A stretch of 64,000 nucleotides of DNA from a virus, in the IMG/VR virus record IMGVR_UViG_3300027977_000031, positions 1 through 64,000 of that record. One strand, 5' to 3'. Shown one piece after another: positions 56,812-64,000 of the stretch. Numbering within the stretch: the stretch's first letter is position 1; each line of letters starts with the position of its first letter. The notes beneath the pieces were generated by a model. That model had not been told where the DNA came from. It was given only the letters and a program-made list of their open reading frames with translations, and made no database searches. A program made the position numbers and the translations under genes.

Positions 56812-58224
56812 TTATTTTATTGTCACAATGGCTTCTACAGTGCCCATACCAGTGGTAGTTTTTTCAGATAGCGCACGCCCAATTACATTGAATGCTGTTG
56901 CTTCACCAGCAAATGCAGCACGGGCCATACCGTCACCTGCAGAGATCAATCGATCACCTCTGTTTACTACACCTGTTACCATTACTGGCACACGACCTGT
57001 CATGGCCACTGGAGGATGTGTATCGTCATCACCTGCACCACCGTTCATGGTAAATGCAGGACGAGTAGAAATAACGCCAAACACTTTGTCGCTAGCATCC
57101 ATTAGTACTCGTGTGATTTCTGCAGATCCGCCCAGTTCAACCACAGTACCTGGTTGATAAATTTCATCAGCAGCAAAACGTTCAGCAACGTCAGCATACA
57201 ATGCTGTAGTAGCTTGTGCAAATACTTTATTAAAGTAACTGCTACTAGATCCAATATTACCCACACCATTGCCTGCACCATTTATAATTGCATCAGCACC
57301 TGCTGCTGTGTTCACAGTAGTTGATCCACGGATCGTGGTCATGTTATTAGCACCGTACATGGTTACCATGGTGGTAGTTACTCCACCATCGTTGATTTGA
57401 ATTACCAAATTACCATCTTGTGTTTGATTACGCAAAAACACATCAGCTCCAGTCACTGACGCTCTAAAATCAGAATCTACACCAACTGAAAGTCCAGTAT
57501 CATTTGCAATAGTCAATGTGCCCGACATGCTTTGGTTATTAGAAGTGGCCACGAATCCCGAAGATGCTATTCCGCCTAGGAAATTGGCGTTGTTAGCTGT
57601 GCCCTGGAACAAAGGTGTTACACCTGAAATTGGTCCAGACATTGTCAAACCTGGTTGTACAGTCTTGGCGCCAGTCCAGCCGCCACCTGCTGGGGGTACA
57701 GCAGGAGTATATGCAGCATCCTTGCTAAAAATACCCACAACTGCATCAGCAACATACATTTCCACAGCCACATGACTTACAGCATTGGTGTCAGTAATTG
57801 TGGTAACGATAGCACCACTTACTCCTGTGTTACCAGTATAAGCTGGGCCTACCAAGATCCAGGCAGCACCACTGTATACATTAAGTTGAGCATTAACACT
57901 GTCGTACCATAAATCACCAGCTACATTTGACACTGAAGGAGCAGTTGAGCTAGCAGTGGCGCCTGATATAACTTTGAATGTTGATCCAGTGTATACTTTC
58001 ATAGTACCAGTAGTTTGGTCGTACCATAATTGTCCTTGCAACGGTGCTCCAGGTGCTGTGGTATTGGCTCCGTTTTGTAATAAACGGATAATATTATCAT
58101 TGATAAACTGTCCATACCCAGCATAGTTTTTACCCACTAGGGTCATGCTTGAGCTGGTGTTGATGGTACCGTCGGGTATTGTTGCGAACGTTGACCCATT
58201 GGTAAGAGTGATTGTATATGACAT
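56812..58224 (-). CDS. tail fibre protein
   Basis: N-terminal TLTNGS...MTLVGKNYAGYGQFINDNIIRLLQN (phage fibre N-terminal anchor-like); Gly/Thr/Ala-rich shaft. Confidence 0.5.
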   Translation of the reverse strand: MSYTITLTNGSTFATIPDGTINTSSSMTLVGKNYAGYGQFINDNIIRLLQNGANTTAPGAPLQGQLWYDQTTGTMKVYTGSTFKVISGATASSTAPSVSNVAGDLWYDSVNAQLNVYSGAAWILVGPAYTGNTGVSGAIVTTITDTNAVSHVAVEMYVADAVVGIFSKDAAYTPAVPPAGGGWTGAKTVQPGLTMSGPISGVTPLFQGTANNANFLGGIASSGFVATSNNQSMSGTLTIANDTGLSVGVDSDFRASVTGADVFLRNQTQDGNLVIQINDGGVTTTMVTMYGANNMTTIRGSTTVNTAAGADAIINGAGNGVGNIGSSSSYFNKVFAQATTALYADVAERFAADEIYQPGTVVELGGSAEITRVLMDASDKVFGVISTRPAFTMNGGAGDDDTHPPVAMTGRVPVMVTGVVNRGDRLISAGDGMARAAFAGEATAFNVIGRALSEKTTTGMGTVEAIVTIK

Positions 58225-58276
58225 ATTGTTTGCTCCGAATCTTATAGGTATTTATTACCTGTTAATCTACACATAT

Positions 58277-58888
58277 TTATGCTGTGCTTAGGTTAGTCAA
58301 AGTCTGAATTCGTACAGTATAATCAATCTGTATCTGACGGTTTAGACTTTTTTGTACTGGGTGAAAAATCACATGTGTGAGCAAACGAAGATTTGTTGTG
58401 TCTCCGTTTACAGCTTTGAGTCCTAGCTCATCAAACACGTATTCACCATTGAAATTGGTTGAATTATCAAAAGGTTGTTGTCCTGGCGGTTCGCCGTAGT
58501 CCAACAAACAACTCACAAGAATATCAGTATACACCTGCCCTGACGTGTGCAATACTTGCAAGAAATTGTTAGTTACGTCAGTGTCAGCAGCAGAATTGTC
58601 ATCTACTACTTTGACAAAGGTTTCATTGTATAAATCTGCGTTGATGCCAGTGGTATTAGGCGGCAAATATGTAATCACACCAGTGGGATCAACTGAACTT
58701 CCTCCGTTGCCAAAAGCCATGGCATAAATCCAGCCGCCACCTTGTGCTAGAGTTCTATGGCTTAGTGTCTGGGCTAGAGAAATACTCATGTTTTCAAAAT
58801 GTATTGCATTTCTTTTGTCTACAAAAACTTCACCAGATTTTGGATCAAAAATCTTTACAAAGCCTTGTATCTGAACTGGTATCATCAT
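58277..58888 (-). CDS. structural or assembly protein (hypothetical)
   Basis: ORF between fibre genes. Confidence 0.4.
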   Translation of the reverse strand: MMIPVQIQGFVKIFDPKSGEVFVDKRNAIHFENMSISLAQTLSHRTLAQGGGWIYAMAFGNGGSSVDPTGVITYLPPNTTGINADLYNETFVKVVDDNSAADTDVTNNFLQVLHTSGQVYTDILVSCLLDYGEPPGQQPFDNSTNFNGEYVFDELGLKAVNGDTTNLRLLTHVIFHPVQKSLNRQIQIDYTVRIQTLTNLSTA

Positions 58889-59030
58889 GCTTGTTTCTCC
58901 ACAAATACTTGTTTGGTCACAGGATCAGAGATCTTTAAAAATCCCGAAACTGCAATGGCACCACGCTCGTCTGGGCGAGTGATAGGTGCAGGTTGGGGTG
59001 TCTGTGGTTTAATCTGCTGATTTTGCTGCA
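58884..59030 (-). CDS. small Gln/Pro-rich protein (48 aa)
   Basis: ATGA overlap with the downstream gene; below the ORF-track cutoff. Confidence 0.25.
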
Positions 59031-59043
59031 TGTTTTATTTACC

Positions 59044-62000
59044 TTAATTTTGTTCGCGGAAGAACCTTGCGGCATCAGTTTGGGTAATTTGCAATGCTTG
59101 ACCGTTTGACGGCTGCCCGTTTGCTGGTTGATACCACCCAAACCCTTGACGTACCAAGATAGAAACTTCATATCCATCGATGGGTGCTGTATCAAATGTC
59201 ACCGTGGCAGGTGCCACAGAATCCACAGTGTATCCTGTATACACTCGTATTCCGGCCACATACACCAGTATAGCTTGTTCAGCAAAACTCAAAGGCAATG
59301 AACTTAAATCAATATTTGGTGCAGAGAATGTTGTGGTGGTACTATCTCCCAGTGTATTGGTATACACCACACGATCTTGATATTCAGCTGGTGCCAAGTT
59401 ACCTCTACCTATGTTGTATACTATAGAATCTGCGTCATGTTCAGCTACTGCGGTACCTGCTGTGCCACGCAACAAACTGCTGACAGTATTGTTATTGGTA
59501 TCACGCTCACGATACATAATACGTTCACCGTTTATAGTGATAACGCCCCAGATGTTTGCTTCCAAATCAGGTTGTGTCAACGCATCAGCATCAGCAACAT
59601 AGATAATATCCTGATCTTTAAACAACTTCTGTACCAGTGTGGTTGTGGTATCTGGTGTCATTCTGTAAGTGGCTTGTACGCCTCGCATGTCTTGGAAAAT
59701 TCTAAATTCCATTGCATCGGGTACTACTGAATCAGTAAACAACTGGGCCACAATAACTGTGGTTGTTCCAATTGGTCCACCATGCACTATTAGTTCTTCT
59801 CCTGAGATCAAATAATCATCACCGTAGAAAATACGGTTGCCGTTCTTGGTAACCCACATTCTAGTTGGATCTGTGACAATTCTACCCAGTTGGAAATTGT
59901 TAACAATAACTTGAATTCCTTCAGTATAATCAAAACTACCTGGATCGTTGGATACGGTTCCTGTATCAAAATCTGTGCTGTCAAATGGCTCGTTAACCAC
60001 TGCACCTTCAACTACAGGACCTTCCCATAGTAGAGTGACTATGTTTTGCTGCACAGTATTGTTCCAGCTGGTAACTGAAACCACATCGCCGTATAGCGGA
60101 TAGAATCCACCAGTGGTGCGGAATACCAATTGATAATTGTCTAAACTGCTGCCATCATCGTATATCACATAGTCAGCTTTGGTAATGACACTGATCAACA
60201 CTTGTGATCCAACTGGCGGAGCAATGGTAAAATCTACATATCGAGTGTCATTGCCTGTGTCGGGTTCTACAATGTAGTCAATACCCAGGGCTAGCTTTTG
60301 ATTGTCTACATACACCAGCACATCGTTGTCACTTACTAATGCCAAACTGTATCCACCACGGTTGGGTAATGCATATCCAGAGCTGCCATCTGCAATATAG
60401 AATGCACCTTCGGGTGGTCTTGCGCGAATGCCGTTGACTTCTACTATCAAATTAGGAATGTTAGTACCTGACATAGAATTGTCAAGCATGTAATCTAACT
60501 GTCCATAACTGGTAAAGTATTGTGTCTGTGGGGTGGACCAAGTGTAAGGCAATGATCCGTCAGTTTCCCCAATGGCTGTTACATTGATTTCATCCGTTGA
60601 TGTATATGTGTTTGCAAACACAATATTTGTACTGCGATTGATGCCTGCACCGTATGTATAATCAGTTATCAATGTGCCATTCACAAAGATTGCCATATCA
60701 AATATTTCAGCATCAGCAACTGGAATATTCAAGAAGTTACCAACATCGGCTCCATTGAATACATTCTTGTACAATTGATTGCCGCCGCCAATGCCAAACA
60801 CCGAAATAACCAATGTGTCACCATTGGCTGCTGGAGGTGCGCTGACGCTGGGCACAATAGTCACAACATTGTTGACCCAATCAATGGTATATGCCACGTT
60901 TTGAGCAAGTTCACGACCTTGTGTTTGATTGGTCACCCGCACTTGTACTGGAGACGTTACAATGTTATCAAAACTCTGTGTGTATGCTGTGGTATTGTTA
61001 TAGACCCATTTTGTAATTTTCCAAGCAAAACCATGGCCGTTGTTATCCCAGTCTGACCCTGGACGAGTATAAACACGGAAGTCAAGAGTATCAAATTCAG
61101 ATCCAGGTATTAGTTCTTCAGGTGCGTGACTTTCGTAAGGGCCCACAAACTCGCCACCCACAACATTGATATCAGTAGGACGCAGTCCCAAGTAGATATC
61201 AAGGAATCTACTTTCGTAGATGGCATCTAAAATTCCTGGATCATATGTTGGCAAGCCTTCAGGACCATAAGCAATGTTATCAAATGGATTTATGTCAAAA
61301 TTACCCACATCAAAACCAGTGTTTTGACCAAATGTTGGCGCACTGACTTGAACACCAGGGTAATTTATACCATCAATCAACAATCCCAGATCCAACCCCG
61401 GCTCGTTCACAGTAGGAACATATAGACCCATTGTACGGTCTACACCGCTCAGTGTAGCAGCGTTCACTAGTATCCATTGTTGTGGATCAAATGTATCTGA
61501 TTCAACTCCGGTGGAGTCAGAACTATCCGCCATCCACACACGATTATCATAACGTACCTGAGTACCGTTGTCATAGTTTACATTGGGTTCCCAATCCACA
61601 ATGGTTGATACATATTGATATCTATCATATTTCATTGTGATGTTGAAACTGCGCACTAGGTTGTAATACTGTGTATCACCGTAGTCTGATGCAGTTGGAT
61701 CTTGATCTTCGCCAATGCCTGGCCCAGCCATTACAGCTACCAACTGCCCACCGGTGCCGTTGCCACCGCTGAGAGTGATCAATGCAGTAGTGGTGTACCC
61801 TACTCCTGGATTGGTTACTATCACACCAGTTAAATTGCCAAAACCGTTGATAGTCACTGTTAATTCAGCAGGGGTAATACAATCACCTGTGACTATGGCC
61901 ACAGGAGGAACAGTATATCCTGACCCAGCTGCTGCAACTGAAGCACCTACCACTGCCAGAGTGTAATTTTGATACCAGAAACTCCAAGGCTGTGTTTGCC

Positions 62001-63948
62001 ATATCAAACTGTCTGATGCAGTATCACTAACATCGTCTGGAGTACCTGTGCCTACGGCGGTACTCACAGTGTACGGAGTCAGTATTGGACTCACAAACTG
62101 ATTAGGAATTACATTAGTATCATAAAAGGCCGGAACATCAAAGTCAGTCATAGTTCCTTGATAATCATCTAACCCATTGTAGATCAAATTAAATTCACGT
62201 ATTTGCACATGATATGGTTTGACTTCGTTGATGTATTCTAACACAAAATCTTGATTGTCTCGTCGATATGTTTGGAATGCAACCAATTCACGAATAGTAT
62301 GATCCACGTCGATCAACGAAGTCTTTGACAACCAGTCAGGAGCTTCAAACTCGCTAAGTGCAAAATTAAACATCAAGATCAATGCGCGATTGCGATCAAT
62401 CAACAGCTCATCAATCAACAGTTCTTGATTGATAGCTTGAATAACTCGGCGTGTTTCAATTACAGGCTCCTGGTCAAAATATTGTGCATCAAATACGTCT
62501 ACATCAAATCCAAAGCGGCCCAATTGATAATCCCATAATTCAGCAGAGATTTCTATAGTACCATCTTGCAGGGCCACACGATCCCATGTGTCGGTGGCTA
62601 CCCGCAGATATATTTCCCATTTGCCCTGCGAGTTAGCAGTGACTCGTACACTGGATCCCACTGGTGCTTGATACAAACTCAGCTTGCTGAGGTCACTGTA
62701 TACGCCCACTGTGGCAACAACCAATTTGCTAGGATTGTAACCTGGTAGATACCAGTTGATATAGCTCCAGTACCTGCGAGTATCGTAGTTTTGTACTCGT
62801 ACTAGATCCAATGTGGCAAATGTTTTTGTTGCAGTGACTTGGTAAATGGTCCATAGGCCATTCTGAGTAGAATCACTCACCACAAGATATAGATATCCAA
62901 CTGGAACTGATGCAAGATTCTGATAACTCAACTCTTCAAGGTCAGCTACTCTTTTATCCCAAGCGCCTGTACCTGCTGTTGGCTCGGGTTCCCTGCTGTT
63001 CAGCAATGCAAAACTGCGAATTTCAGTGATAGGATACTGTGCCAGCACTGAGTTTACTCGACCAAAATAGTTTTTCAGTGCCAAGAATCTATCAGCAAAC
63101 ATACTTTGTCGCGGACGGAATTGTACGCCGTAACGGTTGGCTGGGCTTAGATTAATATCAGGTACTGCTGCGCCAGTGGAATTAACTCCGCAAAGACTAT
63201 CTATAAATTTAAGATACAAATTGTCAGGAAGGAAACCATCAGCACGATCTTGAGGAATTAAACTGTATTGTGTGTGAACATTGTCACTGGTTAATTCTTG
63301 ATCAAACTCAATGCTGAGTATGGTATCTTGTGCAGAAATATCATTTATTGCATTGTAGATACCAGTTGCACTGGCGCTTAGGAATGCCACATAAGGAATA
63401 CCTGAACTGCGTGGATCTGCAATGTACGTAGAAATACCAGTGGTACTGAGTGTTTTTCCAGCTGTGGTATTGATTGTGGTAATACCTTTTACCCAGAAAT
63501 AATAAGTGATGGCCAAAATTCCATTGGAGTTTATTCCATTGGTTGCATTGTAACTGATAATATCTCTTGGTGTACCTGGACCAGTGTATTCAGCTGGTGG
63601 TACTGTGCTACTGACCCATTGATATACATCAATAGATGATCCTGGGAATATCTGTGCCCAACGTCGAGCCGCGTAAGTGATGTTGTCTTGATTGGGGTCA
63701 ATGAATCTCACACTGTTGGTATCCCACCAAATTTCTCCCACATGTGATTCAGCCCAAATTCTACCATAGTTGTTTACTGGACCAACATTGTATGCAGCAG
63801 GGTCTACTACACTAGTATAGTTAATATTCTCAGCAGCAGCACCCAGTATTTTTCCTTGCAATGGATCAATGAAATCAAAGAATGTGGTCTTGGCACCTGT
63901 GTTAGCACTGTAACTGTACACAGAATTAATCAATTTAATATCAACCAC
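59044..63948 (-). CDS. giant structural protein (1634 aa; tail fibre / baseplate)
   Basis: Uninterrupted 4.9-kb ORF; Thr/Gly/Asn/Val-rich; sits in the fibre context. Confidence 0.55.
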   Translation of the reverse strand: MVDIKLINSVYSYSANTGAKTTFFDFIDPLQGKILGAAAENINYTSVVDPAAYNVGPVNNYGRIWAESHVGEIWWDTNSVRFIDPNQDNITYAARRWAQIFPGSSIDVYQWVSSTVPPAEYTGPGTPRDIISYNATNGINSNGILAITYYFWVKGITTINTTAGKTLSTTGISTYIADPRSSGIPYVAFLSASATGIYNAINDISAQDTILSIEFDQELTSDNVHTQYSLIPQDRADGFLPDNLYLKFIDSLCGVNSTGAAVPDINLSPANRYGVQFRPRQSMFADRFLALKNYFGRVNSVLAQYPITEIRSFALLNSREPEPTAGTGAWDKRVADLEELSYQNLASVPVGYLYLVVSDSTQNGLWTIYQVTATKTFATLDLVRVQNYDTRRYWSYINWYLPGYNPSKLVVATVGVYSDLSKLSLYQAPVGSSVRVTANSQGKWEIYLRVATDTWDRVALQDGTIEISAELWDYQLGRFGFDVDVFDAQYFDQEPVIETRRVIQAINQELLIDELLIDRNRALILMFNFALSEFEAPDWLSKTSLIDVDHTIRELVAFQTYRRDNQDFVLEYINEVKPYHVQIREFNLIYNGLDDYQGTMTDFDVPAFYDTNVIPNQFVSPILTPYTVSTAVGTGTPDDVSDTASDSLIWQTQPWSFWYQNYTLAVVGASVAAAGSGYTVPPVAIVTGDCITPAELTVTINGFGNLTGVIVTNPGVGYTTTALITLSGGNGTGGQLVAVMAGPGIGEDQDPTASDYGDTQYYNLVRSFNITMKYDRYQYVSTIVDWEPNVNYDNGTQVRYDNRVWMADSSDSTGVESDTFDPQQWILVNAATLSGVDRTMGLYVPTVNEPGLDLGLLIDGINYPGVQVSAPTFGQNTGFDVGNFDINPFDNIAYGPEGLPTYDPGILDAIYESRFLDIYLGLRPTDINVVGGEFVGPYESHAPEELIPGSEFDTLDFRVYTRPGSDWDNNGHGFAWKITKWVYNNTTAYTQSFDNIVTSPVQVRVTNQTQGRELAQNVAYTIDWVNNVVTIVPSVSAPPAANGDTLVISVFGIGGGNQLYKNVFNGADVGNFLNIPVADAEIFDMAIFVNGTLITDYTYGAGINRSTNIVFANTYTSTDEINVTAIGETDGSLPYTWSTPQTQYFTSYGQLDYMLDNSMSGTNIPNLIVEVNGIRARPPEGAFYIADGSSGYALPNRGGYSLALVSDNDVLVYVDNQKLALGIDYIVEPDTGNDTRYVDFTIAPPVGSQVLISVITKADYVIYDDGSSLDNYQLVFRTTGGFYPLYGDVVSVTSWNNTVQQNIVTLLWEGPVVEGAVVNEPFDSTDFDTGTVSNDPGSFDYTEGIQVIVNNFQLGRIVTDPTRMWVTKNGNRIFYGDDYLISGEELIVHGGPIGTTTVIVAQLFTDSVVPDAMEFRIFQDMRGVQATYRMTPDTTTTLVQKLFKDQDIIYVADADALTQPDLEANIWGVITINGERIMYRERDTNNNTVSSLLRGTAGTAVAEHDADSIVYNIGRGNLAPAEYQDRVVYTNTLGDSTTTTFSAPNIDLSSLPLSFAEQAILVYVAGIRVYTGYTVDSVAPATVTFDTAPIDGYEVSILVRQGFGWYQPANGQPSNGQALQITQTDAARFFREQN

Positions 63949-64000
63949 AGGTAGTTGTTCATGTATTACTGCCCAGGCTGGTGTAAGCGTGTCATTTCTA

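Noticed and set aside
55460-57157. Sense- and antisense-overlapping ORFs inside the tail-fibre genes
   Set aside because: These are shadow ORFs produced by biased composition of the Gly/Thr/Ala-rich fibre genes.
1-64000. The possibility that the window is bacterial chromosome rather than phage (tmRNA, rpoZ, tctC present)
   Set aside because: The density of consensus early-type promoters, more than 30 tRNAs with homing endonucleases, Rnl1/Rnl2/Pnk, ThyX and a 1634-aa fibre gene block fit a large lytic phage far better. The host-like genes are treated as auxiliary acquisitions.

Overview
This window reads as part of a large tailed dsDNA phage genome; I could not assign a host lineage, but the permuted tmRNA and the TctC-family binding protein are features of alpha/beta-proteobacterial and marine cyanobacterial genomes. 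Genes are densely packed on the + strand up to about 39.9 kb. From there a minus-strand structural and glycan-modification block (39.9-64 kb) is interrupted by one +-strand gene at 41246..42433. Transcription looks driven by a family of near-consensus sigma70-type promoters. Main content: (1) dispersed tRNA arrays with about 30 confident tRNAs (including initiator fMet plus two other CAT tRNAs), several degenerate tRNA-like genes, and a circularly permuted two-piece tmRNA; (2) an RNA-repair gene set (Rnl2-like and Rnl1-like RNA ligases, a polynucleotide-kinase-like P-loop kinase, a calcineurin-like phosphoesterase, an HD hydrolase); (3) three homing-endonuclease-like genes (two HNH, one PD-(D/E)xK) inserted in or near the tRNA arrays; (4) nucleotide-sugar genes (RfaE-like kinase and nucleotidyltransferase, HldD-like epimerase, cupin); (5) a MoxR-like AAA ATPase with a von Willebrand factor A partner, ThyX, an RNA polymerase omega-like protein, a TctC-family binding protein and a PP-loop ATPase; (6) a minus-strand block with an aminotransferase, a carbamoyltransferase, five tandem paralogous radical-SAM enzymes, glycosyltransferase-like genes, two tandemly duplicated tail-fibre genes and a 1634-aa fibre/baseplate protein. 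Small-scale structure includes a 20-nt translation-coupling cassette repeated six times, a paralogous family of MNERI... proteins, micro-gene operons, a promoter-plus-terminator sRNA candidate and about 1 kb of structured non-coding DNA.
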